DNA from: Erysipelotrichaceae bacterium
GTDB lineage: Bacteria; Bacillota_I; Bacilli_A; RFN20; CAG-826
Assembly (NCBI GenBank): GCA_015058945.1
Contig: SVBF01000007.1
Span: 66,230 to 130,229, forward strand
Reading direction: 5' to 3'
Length of the DNA: 64,000 nt
The notes under the pieces were generated by a model. That model was not told where the DNA came from and made no database searches. It was given only the letters and a program-made list of their open reading frames with translations. Within the stretch, counting starts at the first letter, position 1. Every line of letters starts with the position of its first letter. Shown piece after piece: positions 18,165-28,160 of the stretch. The position numbers and the translations under genes were made by a program.

Positions 18165-19940
18165 TCATTCGACGGTGACGGATTTGGCCAAATTGCGGGG
18201 TTTGTCGATGGGCAGCCCCTTTTCTAGTGCGACGTAATAGGCGAAAAGCTGCGCGACCACGACGAGCACGTTCGGGGCCAAATAGGGTTTCACGTCCGGG
18301 GCGATGAAGGCGTCCTCGGGGCTAGAGACCTTATGGAGCGAGAAGATCAATAACTTGGCCTTGCGGGCACGAAGTTCCTCGAAGTTGTTGCGGATGGACG
18401 AGGCGACCTCCGGATCGGAGACCAAGCCCACGACCAAAGTGCCCGGTTCGATGAGGGCGATGGGGCCGTGCTTGAGTTCCCCGCCGGGATAGGCCTCGGC
18501 ATGGAGATAGGCGACTTCCTTTAGTTTCAGCGCCCCTTCCATCGAGGCGAGGAAATCGTATCCCCTGCCCACGAAGAAGGCGTCTTTGTTCTTGGTGACT
18601 TGTTTGGCGAGGTCATGGATCTCCTCCTTGCGGGAAATCACTTCGTGAAGTGCCTCGGCGACGCGGTCGATCTCCGCCACGACGGCGTTTTCGTTCTTAA
18701 GGGCGGCGCATAGCAACGCGAGGAAACAGACCTGGGCCACATAGGACTTCGTCGAGGCCACCGCGACCTCTAACCCGGCGTAAAGGAGGAGCGAATAGGT
18801 CGCTTTGCGCTCGATGGTCGAGCCTTTGGTGTTGGTCGCGGCGATGGTGATGCCGCCGGAGGCGTTGATGATCTTCTGGCAACGGATCAAATCGGCGGTC
18901 TCGCCCGACTGGGACATCAAAATGAAGATCGTGTCGTCGCTCACGTCATAAGGGTCATAGGCCCATTCGGAGGCGATCGACACCAGGACCGATTTGCCTA
19001 AGGGGCGGAAATACTTCGCGCCCATCTTTGAAGCGTAATAGCTCGTGCCGCAGGCGAGGAAATGGATTTTCTTCGCGGAACGTAGCGCCTTGATCATGTT
19101 GCGGTTGAAAAGGAACTCGGAGCCGTCGTAGTAATTGTCCACGAGGCGCTTGACGACGCTCGGGATTTCCTCGATCTCCTTGATCATGTAATGGGGATAG
19201 CCTTCGAGGTCGCTCTTGAAGAGGTCGACGTTACGGGTCGCGAACACCGGTTTGACCAAGACGCGGTCATGGTAGATCTTGAGGTCGTCGGCCTCGATAT
19301 AGCCGTAATCGCCGTCTTCCAAATCGACGAAGCGCGAGGTGTAATCCACCATCGGCACCGGGTCGGAGGCGAGTAGCCCCGCCCCTTTGGCGACGCCTAG
19401 AAGAAGCGGGCTCGCCTTCTTCATGAAATAGAGGCGGTTCGGCTCTTGGGCGAAGATGATCGCGCAGGCGAAGGAACCTTCGAGGGCCTCCATGGTCTGG
19501 GCCAAGGCCTCAATCACCGAGCCGGAGCGCAAAAACAGGCGTTCCAAAAGATTCGCGATGACCTCGGTGTCGGTCTCGGTGTGGAATTGGTAGCCGCGGA
19601 CGGTGAGTTGCTGACGCAGCGGGCGGAAGTTCTCGATCACCCCGTTATGGACGATGGTGAAGAGCTTTTGGTTGGATTGATGGGGATGGGCGTTAAGCGC
19701 GTTAGGCTGCCCATGGGTCGCCCAGCGCGTATGGGCGATGCCGACGGTCGGGGCGATGTTCTCGCTCACGACGGCCTCAAGGGAGCTGACGCGCCCGGAG
19801 ACTTTCTGGACGATGACTTCGCTCGATTCGTAATAGGCGATGCCCGCGGAATCGTAGCCGCGGTATTCGAGTTTCTTAAGCCCGGTAAGCAAATATTCGC
19901 GGAGATTGATGTTCCCCACCCCACCGACGATGCCGCACAT
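18165..19940 (-). CDS. glmS: Glutamine--fructose-6-phosphate aminotransferase
   Basis: The N-terminal MCGIVGG Ntn-hydrolase start plus SIS domains. The start overlaps the glmM stop. Confidence 0.9.
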   Translation of the reverse strand: MCGIVGGVGNINLREYLLTGLKKLEYRGYDSAGIAYYESSEVIVQKVSGRVSSLEAVVSENIAPTVGIAHTRWATHGQPNALNAHPHQSNQKLFTIVHNGVIENFRPLRQQLTVRGYQFHTETDTEVIANLLERLFLRSGSVIEALAQTMEALEGSFACAIIFAQEPNRLYFMKKASPLLLGVAKGAGLLASDPVPMVDYTSRFVDLEDGDYGYIEADDLKIYHDRVLVKPVFATRNVDLFKSDLEGYPHYMIKEIEEIPSVVKRLVDNYYDGSEFLFNRNMIKALRSAKKIHFLACGTSYYASKMGAKYFRPLGKSVLVSIASEWAYDPYDVSDDTIFILMSQSGETADLIRCQKIINASGGITIAATNTKGSTIERKATYSLLLYAGLEVAVASTKSYVAQVCFLALLCAALKNENAVVAEIDRVAEALHEVISRKEEIHDLAKQVTKNKDAFFVGRGYDFLASMEGALKLKEVAYLHAEAYPGGELKHGPIALIEPGTLVVGLVSDPEVASSIRNNFEELRARKAKLLIFSLHKVSSPEDAFIAPDVKPYLAPNVLVVVAQLFAYYVALEKGLPIDKPRNLAKSVTVE

Positions 19941-19942
19941 AA

Positions 19943-21265
19943 TCAAATCCTCCCGATGGCTTCGAGCACGGAATCGACCGCGCCGAGGCATTTTTCATGG
20001 TCAAAGGCCTCCGCCATCACGCGGATGAGTGGCTCGGTGCCGGAAGGACGGACCAATAGACGCCCTTCGTCGGCCAGTAGTTCCTCCGCCTCTTCGATCG
20101 CTTTTTTGACGCCTTCGTCTTCCAAGGCCAAGGCGATTTTCTCCCGCGAATCGAGGCGGACGTTTTTGAGGATCTGCGGATAGACGGCGAGTTCGGGGAG
20201 CTTGGCATAGATCCCCGGCTCCAAGACATAGAGGTTCAGGAGGTGGATCATCGACAAAAGCCCATCGCCGGTATTGAGGTCGTCGAGGTAGATGACGTGC
20301 CCAGATTGCTCGCCGCCGAGGGAAAGGCCCTCCTCTTTGAGGCGGGCTTGCACGTATTTGTCGCCGACGGAGACGATGTCGAAGCGGATGTTTTCGTTAT
20401 CGAGGGCCTTGCGGAGCCCAAAATTGGACATGACGGTGATGACGACTTTGTTCTTGCGGAGTTTCCCGCGTTTGGCCAAAGCCATCGCGTTAAGGAAGAT
20501 CTGCGCGTCGCCATCGATGATTCTGCCGCCTCTAGCGATGGCCATGAAGCGGTCGGCGTCGCCATCGAAGCAGACGCCCAAATCGTAATCGCCTTCGAGG
20601 AAACGTTCCCTCAGCGCCTCGATGTGGGTGCTGCCACAGCCCTCGTTGATGTTGCGCCCGTCCGGACTAGCGGCCAAAAAGGTCGCCTCAAGCCCCATGG
20701 CGGCGAATAGGCGCGGCGCCAAAGCGCTCGCGGAGCCGTTAGCCAAATCGGCGAGGATGCGTAGCCCCTTTACTTCGGGGGCGGCTTTGGAGAGCAGCCA
20801 GGAAAGGTAATCGTCTTTCTCCGCGTTGGCCTCGACTCGCCTGCCGCCACCTTTCGCTAACGGGAGATTGGGCAACTCGATGAAGTCTTCGATGCGGGAT
20901 TCGATGTCCGCGGAAATTTTTTCCCCTTCCGCGTTAAAGACCTTGATGCCGTTATCGCGGTAGGGATTATGGGAGGCGGAGATCATCACGCCGAAATCGG
21001 CGTCGCCCTTGCGGACGAGATAGGAGACCGAGGGGGTGGAGGAGACGCCGAGGTCCTTGACTTCGCCCCCCGCGTCCACGACGCCTTGGGAGAGCGCCTC
21101 GGACAAAGCGAGGCCGGACTCACGTGTATCGCGCGACAATAAAATCGACTTCGGCGCACCGAATCCATCGCCGCCGAGAAAACGGCCGATGCGGTAAGCC
21201 AGGGCGTCGTTAAGGACATCGCCATAGCGGCCGCGCACGCCGTCGGTGCCGAAATATCTGCCCAC
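19943..21265 (-). CDS. glmM: Phosphoglucosamine mutase
   Basis: GTDGVRG...SASHNPYRDNGIKVF. Confidence 0.9.
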   Translation of the reverse strand: MGRYFGTDGVRGRYGDVLNDALAYRIGRFLGGDGFGAPKSILLSRDTRESGLALSEALSQGVVDAGGEVKDLGVSSTPSVSYLVRKGDADFGVMISASHNPYRDNGIKVFNAEGEKISADIESRIEDFIELPNLPLAKGGGRRVEANAEKDDYLSWLLSKAAPEVKGLRILADLANGSASALAPRLFAAMGLEATFLAASPDGRNINEGCGSTHIEALRERFLEGDYDLGVCFDGDADRFMAIARGGRIIDGDAQIFLNAMALAKRGKLRKNKVVITVMSNFGLRKALDNENIRFDIVSVGDKYVQARLKEEGLSLGGEQSGHVIYLDDLNTGDGLLSMIHLLNLYVLEPGIYAKLPELAVYPQILKNVRLDSREKIALALEDEGVKKAIEEAEELLADEGRLLVRPSGTEPLIRVMAEAFDHEKCLGAVDSVLEAIGRI

Positions 21266-21266
21266 G

Positions 21267-22097
21267 TTATTCTTTCCCTTCGCTTTCGTCGAGGACGGAA
21301 TTCATGGCCATGTATTCTTTGAAACGGTTGAAGAAATCCCTGGGGGAGACGGTCTCGAGCTCCGCCTGATAGGCGATGGAGATGCGACCGGTTTCCTCGG
21401 AGACGACGACGGTGACGGCGTCGACTTCCTCGGAGATGCCGATGGCGGCGCGATGGCGGAGGCCATATTTGCCGGGGAGCGGGCGGGTGGTCGGAAGGTA
21501 GGCGACCGCCGCGGCGAGGATCATGTCGTTGCGGATGATGACCGCGCCGTCATGGAGACGGGTGCCTTTGTAGAAGATGGTCTGCAATAGTTCGGAGGAA
21601 ACCGGGGCGTTGATCATCGTGCCGTTATGGCAGAACTCAGTGAGGGAATCCTTCTTCTCCAGCGTGATGATCGCGCCGACTTTCTGGTCGGACATCGAGA
21701 GGACGGCGTCGCGGATCTCGGCATAGACGGCGTCGCGGTCGAAGAGCACCTCCGCCTTCTTATGGCGGCGGAAGAACGAGAAGCCCTTGGCCTTGCCGAT
21801 CATGTTGTTGCCGATGAAGGTGCGGGACTCGTTCTGGTTCGCGACGAAGAAGAAGACGAGCCCGGCGACGAGGGCGATGGCAAAAGCCACCACCGGCAGC
21901 CATAAGCCAAAGAGCCAGCTGACCGCCAGGAGGATTTCGACGAGCACCAAATAGACGCGCGGCAAAGTCCTACGGAAGATGACAAACAAGGGGATGTCCC
22001 CCACCAAGGCGAGGGTGAAAACCACGGCGAGCGAAATCCAATTCTCGGGCTGATCGAGATGGAAGGCGGGGGATTGGACGATGTCGAGGATACGCAT
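21267..22097 (-). CDS. cdaA: Diadenylate cyclase CdaA
   Basis: Three N-terminal TM helices plus a DisA_N domain (GAIITLE...GTRLHDGAVII...GLRHRAAIGISEE). Confidence 0.85.
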   Translation of the reverse strand: MRILDIVQSPAFHLDQPENWISLAVVFTLALVGDIPLFVIFRRTLPRVYLVLVEILLAVSWLFGLWLPVVAFAIALVAGLVFFFVANQNESRTFIGNNMIGKAKGFSFFRRHKKAEVLFDRDAVYAEIRDAVLSMSDQKVGAIITLEKKDSLTEFCHNGTMINAPVSSELLQTIFYKGTRLHDGAVIIRNDMILAAAVAYLPTTRPLPGKYGLRHRAAIGISEEVDAVTVVVSEETGRISIAYQAELETVSPRDFFNRFKEYMAMNSVLDESEGKE

Positions 22098-22183
22098 GGT
22101 TCGTGGTGTAATACAAATTATATGATAACCGCCAATATTTGCTTAAGCAAAGGTTAGATGCGCAAAAAATGGCGTTTTTGCGA

Positions 22184-22813
22184 TCATAAACCGTCGGGAA
22201 AAGAGGTGTGGGCGCCGAATTCCTTTTCGGGCGCCCCGAATTCCTTCTCCCCGAGCTTGATGGCCTTGATGAGGAAGGCCATGTTGCGGCCGAGGTTACG
22301 CATGGTCTGCAAGCCCTCGACGTCTTTCTCGACGTCCTCGGCGCGGAAGCCGTGCACCTCGTTCCAATAGGTGCTCGTGGCGATGGGCATGCCGCAGATG
22401 CCGAAATACTTGTAGATTTCGTCTAGTGCCGTGGTCGACCCGGCGCGGCGGGAGGAGACGACCGCGGCCCCCACTTTCATCGTCTTCGAGAAATGGGAGG
22501 AATAGAAGAGGCGATCGAGCAAGGCACGCACTGAGCCGTTGATGCCGGCGTAATATACCGGCGCGCCGACCAAAAGTCCTTCGGCGGATTCGAATTCTGC
22601 GTTGATCTGGTTGACGATGTCGTCATGGACACAGCGCCCGGAACGGTGGCAAGCCCCGCAGCCTAAGCAACCGCGGATCGCGGCGGAACCGAGTTCGAAA
22701 CGGACTGTTTCGATCCCTTCTTTCTCGAGGACGTTGACCACTTCCTCGAGCCCCCTGGCGGTGCAGCCTTTCTTATGCGGGCTGCCGTTGACGACGACGA
22801 CTTTCATGCGCAT
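22184..22813 (-). CDS. Iron-sulfur flavoprotein / NADPH-dependent FMN reductase family
   Basis: VVNGSPHKKGCT...CLGCGACHRSGRC. The C-terminus has a tandem EKEFGAP/EKEFGAH duplication. Confidence 0.65.
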   Translation of the reverse strand: MRMKVVVVNGSPHKKGCTARGLEEVVNVLEKEGIETVRFELGSAAIRGCLGCGACHRSGRCVHDDIVNQINAEFESAEGLLVGAPVYYAGINGSVRALLDRLFYSSHFSKTMKVGAAVVSSRRAGSTTALDEIYKYFGICGMPIATSTYWNEVHGFRAEDVEKDVEGLQTMRNLGRNMAFLIKAIKLGEKEFGAPEKEFGAHTSFPDGL

Positions 22814-22872
22814 TTTCCTCCTATCTTTAATTATTCTTGCAAAGCAAAACCGCGCAATACTAGACTTTCCGC

Positions 22873-23088
22873 ATGGAAGACATCCATAAACGCGTCCTTC
22901 GCATCGCCCAAAACGGCCTCGTCGCCGCGCTTTATTACGGGCTCAACCTCTTCGCCTGCATGGGCTACGTCGCCATAGGGGAAGCCATCGCCTTAGGCAT
23001 CGGCTATGCCGTCTTCATGGGTTTGATCCGTAACCAGGGCTTCATGAAAGTCCTCGCCCCCACTAGACACGCCGAGGTCAAATGCTGA
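22873..23088 (+). CDS. Small membrane protein (hypothetical)
   Basis: 71 aa with two hydrophobic helices; overlaps the start of the HAD gene. Confidence 0.35.
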   Translation: MEDIHKRVLRIAQNGLVAALYYGLNLFACMGYVAIGEAIALGIGYAVFMGLIRNQGFMKVLAPTRHAEVKC

Positions 23089-23663
23089 TGGAGCGCAATG
23101 GCATCGTCCTCTTCGATTGCTTTGGCCTATTCGCTAGTGACGGCATGGTCGACTATTTTCATCGCCATGAGGTGAGTCTCGAGGTGAAGGACCGTTTCTG
23201 CGCCCCCGCCGATCGCGGGGAAAAGAGCTTGGACGAGGTCCTTGCCGAAATGGCCGAATATTTCCATGAGCCCGTCGAAAAACTAAGAAGGGAAACCATC
23301 GGCACGATCCGCGTCAACGAGGGCATGGTCGACTTGCTTCGCCGCCTAAGGAAACACCATTACGTCGCCTTGCTCTCCAACTGTATGAAAGGCAGTATGG
23401 AGGCTTTCTTCGGGGGCACCGATTTCCTCTCCCTCTTCGACGCGACTTTCCTTAGTTGCGACCTCGGTCTCATCAAGCCGAACGCGGATTATTACGCCTA
23501 TTGCCTCGATAAGTTGAAAACCTATCCCGGGCCCATGGTCTTCTTCGACGATAACCCCGCGAATGTCCTCGGGGCGAAAAAAGCCTCCGTCGACGCCGTC
23601 AGGTTCTTAAGCCAAGAAGGGTGCGAGGAGGAACTTCTTCGTCGGGGTTACCGCCTTATTTGA
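23082..23663 (+). CDS. HAD-superfamily hydrolase
   Basis: The VLFDCFG motif I region and a C-terminal FFDDNPANV motif. Confidence 0.65.
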   Translation: MLMERNGIVLFDCFGLFASDGMVDYFHRHEVSLEVKDRFCAPADRGEKSLDEVLAEMAEYFHEPVEKLRRETIGTIRVNEGMVDLLRRLRKHHYVALLSNCMKGSMEAFFGGTDFLSLFDATFLSCDLGLIKPNADYYAYCLDKLKTYPGPMVFFDDNPANVLGAKKASVDAVRFLSQEGCEEELLRRGYRLI

Positions 23664-24441
23664 TGTTGCCGTTTTTCCTAAATGTCGCCATAGCGGCCTC
23701 TTCGGTCATCTCGTAGAGGCCTTTTTTGAGCAAGACGTCGACGCCTTCGATGGTCGATCCGCCGGGGGAACAGACTTCCTCCCCGAGCTTTTTCGGGGAC
23801 TTATCCGAAGCGAGGGCAAGTTTCGCCGCGCCTTCCGCCATATGGAGGGCGTAGGAGGTCGCCTCCTCTTTGGTTAGGCCCATCTTCGCGCCGGCTTCGG
23901 CGAGGGCGTCGAGGAAGTAATCGAGATAAGCCGGGGCGGAACCGGTGATCACGCTCGCGGCGTTGATCTTCTCTTCCTCGATTTCGCATAAGACGCCGGT
24001 ATCCTTCATCAAATCGGCGAAAATCTTCTTTTGTTCTTCGCTCACCTGATCGCCATAGGCGACGAAAGTGAAACCCTTCTTCACCGCGATGGGAGTGTTG
24101 GGCAAAATGCGGATGACGGGATGGGAGGGAAGGGCGGCGCCAAGTTCGGCGATGGAGATGCCCGCGGCCATCGAAACGACGACCGCACTTGTGGAAACGG
24201 AGGCGATTTTGCGTAGCAATCCCTCGATATCGCCAGGTTTCACTCCCAAGAAGATGAAGTCACTATCATGGACGATCGAACGGGCGTCCATCACGAAGCA
24301 ACCCCTGCCGATCCTCTTGCTTAAGTCGACGGCTTTCTGCCGGTCTTTGTCGCATAAAAGCAACCGAATGGACGGATTGTTCCGTAAGGCGTAGGCGATG
24401 CTGCCGCCCATATGTCCGGTGCCGATGAATCCAATCTTCAT
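23656..24441 (-). CDS. proC: Pyrroline-5-carboxylate reductase
   Basis: MKIGFIGTGHMGGSIA Rossmann N-terminus and a ProC C-terminal domain. Confidence 0.85.
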   Translation of the reverse strand: MKIGFIGTGHMGGSIAYALRNNPSIRLLLCDKDRQKAVDLSKRIGRGCFVMDARSIVHDSDFIFLGVKPGDIEGLLRKIASVSTSAVVVSMAAGISIAELGAALPSHPVIRILPNTPIAVKKGFTFVAYGDQVSEEQKKIFADLMKDTGVLCEIEEEKINAASVITGSAPAYLDYFLDALAEAGAKMGLTKEEATSYALHMAEGAAKLALASDKSPKKLGEEVCSPGGSTIEGVDVLLKKGLYEMTEEAAMATFRKNGNIK

Positions 24442-24529
24442 ATGCGTACCTCCGCCCCATTACTTTAACCGAATGTGTGAAAAGGAAAAGTGACTTCGCG
24501 CGCTCGAAACGATAAAATAAGGTCAACAC

Positions 24530-25501
24530 ATGGGAAACGACCTCAAGGAACGCATCGAATCCTTTCGCACCATCGTCCTATGCTCTTTGACGCCGAAGGA
24601 CGATCCTTTTTCGACGCCCTTCGATTACCTCGCGGGCGACTTTGCCTTCTGCGGCTTGCCCCACTACCGGAACCTCAATGAACTGATCGCGGGCATCGAC
24701 GAACATAGCGAGGTCGCCGTCGGCATCGGCTATAAGGCGTTCTGCGAGGATATCCGCGAATCGATCCTCACCCTGATTTCCCGCGGAGGCAAAACCTCCT
24801 ATATCATCCCTTTCGCCCATCCGGAAAAGACCCATAACTTCCTCATGGCGATCTCCAGCCAAGGCCAAAACCTCTGCTTCTTCTTTTCCTTCTTTGACAA
24901 CAACACCGCCTTCGACTTCGATTCGTTCGCGAAGGGTTCGTTCAAAGACCGCCTCACCGGGCTATTCAACTTCGCGACGATGAAGAACCACCTTTCGACC
25001 AATCGCCGTAACGGTTATCTTTGTCTTTTCGACCTCAATAAGTTCAAGCATATCAACGACGCCTATGGCCATGGCACGGGCGACGACGTTTTGGTGTTGC
25101 TCGCCAAATACTTAATCGCCATCTGCTCCATGGAAGAGATCTACTACCGTAGGGGAGGCGACGAATTCCTGATTCTCATCCTCGATAACGGTTTATCCCA
25201 CGCCCTTAAGCTCGTCGACATGATCGAGGGCTACCTCGAATCCTTGCCCAAAAACGAACTTAAGGAGCATGCCGGGCTCGAATGCTCCGCCTCCTTTGGC
25301 TTATTGGAATTGAAGTACGACGAGGAAGGTCATGGCATCGACAGCGAGCTCCAACTGAAGCTCGTCGACCTCGCAATGTATCAGGCCAAATTGGCCAAGC
25401 GGCGTTACCACGTCATCAGCGACGAGGACGCGAAGTGCATCATCGAAGAGGGCGACCTCGACGAACGACTCGCCAAGCTCTATTCCGCGAACAATCGATA
25501 A
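24530..25501 (+). CDS. GGDEF-domain diguanylate cyclase with N-terminal domain of unknown function
   Basis: RLTGLFNFATMKNHL...GDDVL...YYRRGGDEFLILIL. Confidence 0.75.
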   Translation: MGNDLKERIESFRTIVLCSLTPKDDPFSTPFDYLAGDFAFCGLPHYRNLNELIAGIDEHSEVAVGIGYKAFCEDIRESILTLISRGGKTSYIIPFAHPEKTHNFLMAISSQGQNLCFFFSFFDNNTAFDFDSFAKGSFKDRLTGLFNFATMKNHLSTNRRNGYLCLFDLNKFKHINDAYGHGTGDDVLVLLAKYLIAICSMEEIYYRRGGDEFLILILDNGLSHALKLVDMIEGYLESLPKNELKEHAGLECSASFGLLELKYDEEGHGIDSELQLKLVDLAMYQAKLAKRRYHVISDEDAKCIIEEGDLDERLAKLYSANNR

Positions 25502-25526
25502 AGACGGCAAGGATGCCGCCTTTTTC

Positions 25527-25985
25527 TTAACCGATTACAGCTAACGCCTCGTCGATTATGGCCGTGTCGAATCCGAAATCGCGATATCCTCGACGGACCG
25601 TCTCCACATATGAAGCATCCGGGCGGCCAGGTTTCATGCCTTCGACCATGACGTAGGCAAAGCAATGCAGTCTTTTCTTTCTTCCGTCCAAGGAGACCTC
25701 GAGGTCGAAATCTTTCTTCACGTAATAATCGGGGAAGCCTTCATAGACATCCAGCGACCGCTCATCCTCCGGCCCTATCTCGAACACCCCGACCGGGACG
25801 ATATGCCCAGCAGCGGGTTCGATGGTCAAATGATATCTTCCATATCCCTTAAATAGGAGGCGGTAGTCCTTAATGACGCCCACCCCTACCCGTTTCGCCT
25901 CAGGACACCTCACTTGCATTTGCCTGAGGTTAAGATTGCTCCCATAGGCTAAGTAATACCTGGTTTTGTCGTTGTTTTGGTTCAT
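25527..25985 (-). CDS. Gamma-glutamyl cyclotransferase-like (AIG2/GGACT family)
   Basis: YYLAYGSNLNLRQM. The start at MNQNN is preceded by GAGGAGAG. Confidence 0.65.
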   Translation of the reverse strand: MNQNNDKTRYYLAYGSNLNLRQMQVRCPEAKRVGVGVIKDYRLLFKGYGRYHLTIEPAAGHIVPVGVFEIGPEDERSLDVYEGFPDYYVKKDFDLEVSLDGRKKRLHCFAYVMVEGMKPGRPDASYVETVRRGYRDFGFDTAIIDEALAVIG

Positions 25986-26154
25986 GGTTTCTCTCCTCTT
26001 TTTTCCCATTATCACTAGGTTTTTTCAGGGTGAAAAGAGGGGTATCTGGCTGCGCATAATGGCCGGGTGAAGACACGGTGCGAGGGCACGAAGACGCCTG
26101 CCCACGCAGTACCTTATTCTTTTCGCGCACGGGTGCTTAAGCAGCGGCGCACGC

Positions 26155-26186
26155 CCACAAAAAAAGGCGAGCTTTATTAGCCCGCC
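26155..26186 (-). terminator. Rho-independent terminator for the lipoprotein gene
   Basis: GGCGGGCTAATAAAGCTCGCC hairpin + T7 in the minus sense. Confidence 0.55.
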
Positions 26187-26204
26187 TAAATGATCTAAAA
26201 CGAA

Positions 26205-26708
26205 TTAGATGTTGTACCTACCGATCGCTTCGTCGAGGCGGGCGTTCAGGCCTCTGGTCCACTTGACCGCGTCACCGGTGGCGAAAGCGACATAAGCCTT
26301 CTTCGAGGTGTTGACGACGCCAGTCAAGACGCGGGAGAGGTATTCGCCGAGCTTGTCGGCCACGATCGCCTTGTTGACCGCGACGAGTTCATTGCCTTCG
26401 CCGTCCGAAGTGACGACGACAAAGGAATGGGTGCTCGTGCTCTCACCGGTGTAGGAGAAGGCGAGATTGGCGCCGATGTCGGCGGTTTGGGCGGCCTTCA
26501 CTTCGGTGGAGCCATAGGAGATCTTCACGTCGAGGGCTTCGGGGACGTCGAAATAGATTTTGCCCATGGCGACAAAGTCGATGTAGGTCGGTTGGGCGAT
26601 AGAGGATTCCGCTTGGGATGCTGGGGGAACGGAGCCGGATTGTTGTTCACCGCAAGAGGCGAGGAGCATGAGGCTCGCGATGGCGAATAAGGGAGTTTTA
26701 AGTTTCAT
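26205..26708 (-). CDS. Lipoprotein of unknown function
   Basis: Signal peptide with an LLASC lipobox. Confidence 0.65.
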   Translation of the reverse strand: MKLKTPLFAIASLMLLASCGEQQSGSVPPASQAESSIAQPTYIDFVAMGKIYFDVPEALDVKISYGSTEVKAAQTADIGANLAFSYTGESTSTHSFVVVTSDGEGNELVAVNKAIVADKLGEYLSRVLTGVVNTSKKAYVAFATGDAVKWTRGLNARLDEAIGRYNI

Positions 26709-26826
26709 GGTTTTGCTTCCTGTTGTTTGGATATTTTATCACTTATTGGCACACAGGCGTGAAGCTGGGCAAGAGGAATGGGTCCGTGACCGGCATATTT
26801 TGCGGAAGAATCCGCGCAAAAAGGGT

Positions 26827-28089
26827 TTATTTTGCGAAGGATACCGTGACTTTGGTGCCTTTGCCGACTTCGCTCTCGACCTTCATCTCGACCGACCCGA
26901 CCTGGCGCAGACGGTAACGGATGTTGTTGAGCCCGACGTGCTCGTTGGACTCGAAGTCGACTTTGTCCATGTCAAAGCCAACGCCATCGTCGATGACCTC
27001 GACGACATAACGGTCGCTTTCTTCATAAGAACGTAACGTCAGCGTCCCGCCCTCGACTTTCTTCAATATGCCGTGACGGACGGCGTTTTCCACTAAGGGC
27101 TGCACGCTAAGGGGCGGGACGTAGAAATCGGTCGCGGCGATGTCATAGACGACGCTAAGCCGCTCGCCGAAGCGGATCTTTTCCAAGGAGAGGAAGGCGC
27201 GGATATGGCTTAGCTCGTTGTCAAAGGCGATCATCCGGTTCTCCGTGAGGGAGGAAAGGTTCGCCCGGAGATATTCGGTGAAGTCGTCCAAAGCCGCCTG
27301 GGCTTTCTCGGGATCGATGGTGATCAAGGTCGAGATGGAGGAGAGGGAATTGTAGATGAAGTGTGGCTGAATCTGCGAAAGCATGACCCGGATTTGGGCG
27401 TCGCGCACCTTCTCCTCCTCACTCGCGAGGAGGATGTTGCGTTCCAAGTTGAGGAAAAAGAAGAGCACCTCGGTCGCCACGATGATGGAGAGATAGGCGA
27501 TCGCGTATCCTGGAAAGGCATCCTGGAAGGCGATGGCCACCACCGGCAAAAGACAATAGACCGCGAAGGCGATCTTCTCCCGGAGCTTCACCTTCTTGGA
27601 GAAGAGCGCATAGAAGAAGATGACCGCGAGCATCACGAACTGGTAACCCTGGGAGATTGGGAGCAACGGCAAACGGACATATTTTCCGCCTTGGGCCTCG
27701 AAGAACATCGGCACGAAGAGGTTCAGCACGTCGAGGAAGACGAACACCGCGAGCAAAGAGACGTTGAGGATGGCGAAGATCTTCGCCGTCTTCTTTTCCG
27801 GTTCCACATAACGGAGCATGTAGATGAAGAGGAAGAAAACCTCGAGGTTGTTCGCGATGTAAAAACCGGTATAGAAACCGCGGATCAACGCGTCGCTAGG
27901 CACATTGGCGCGCAAAAAGACGAAAGTGAAATAAGCGGCGAAATGGATGGCGGTGAAGGCGAGGAAGGCCAGCAAGGCGTTCTCGTCCTTACGCCGCTTT
28001 TTCTTCGTGGCGAGGTAGGCGATATGGACCAAAAAGATGACGATGCCGATCAGGCAGACGGTCGCGTTGAACATCGCGTTGTTTTCCAT
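26827..28089 (-). CDS. Sensor histidine kinase, LytS/YehU-type (polytopic N-terminus + His_kinase + HATPase)
   Basis: QIQPHFIYNSLSSISTL H-box and a C-terminal GHKL domain. It is the last gene of the peptide-export operon. Confidence 0.8.
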   Translation of the reverse strand: MENNAMFNATVCLIGIVIFLVHIAYLATKKKRRKDENALLAFLAFTAIHFAAYFTFVFLRANVPSDALIRGFYTGFYIANNLEVFFLFIYMLRYVEPEKKTAKIFAILNVSLLAVFVFLDVLNLFVPMFFEAQGGKYVRLPLLPISQGYQFVMLAVIFFYALFSKKVKLREKIAFAVYCLLPVVAIAFQDAFPGYAIAYLSIIVATEVLFFFLNLERNILLASEEEKVRDAQIRVMLSQIQPHFIYNSLSSISTLITIDPEKAQAALDDFTEYLRANLSSLTENRMIAFDNELSHIRAFLSLEKIRFGERLSVVYDIAATDFYVPPLSVQPLVENAVRHGILKKVEGGTLTLRSYEESDRYVVEVIDDGVGFDMDKVDFESNEHVGLNNIRYRLRQVGSVEMKVESEVGKGTKVTVSFAK

Positions 28090-28099
28090 ATCCCTTCCA

Positions 28100-28142
28100 T
28101 TTTACAACAAAGAAAAGGCCGCCGTGGCAATAACCGCGGCGG
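28100..28142 (-). terminator. Hairpin/terminator-like element between the rSAM and HK genes
   Basis: CCGCCGCGGTTATTGCCACGGCGG followed by CCTTTTCTTTGTT in the minus sense. It may attenuate rather than terminate. Confidence 0.35.
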
Positions 28143-28160
28143 AACCTTGCAAACGGGGAA

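Noticed and set aside
26016-26204. GC-rich segment with GCGCACG repeats upstream of the GGCT-like gene as a possible riboswitch or sRNA
   Set aside because: I could recognise no consistent stem-loop architecture or known riboswitch core. It holds a clear bidirectional terminator and is probably just the promoter region.
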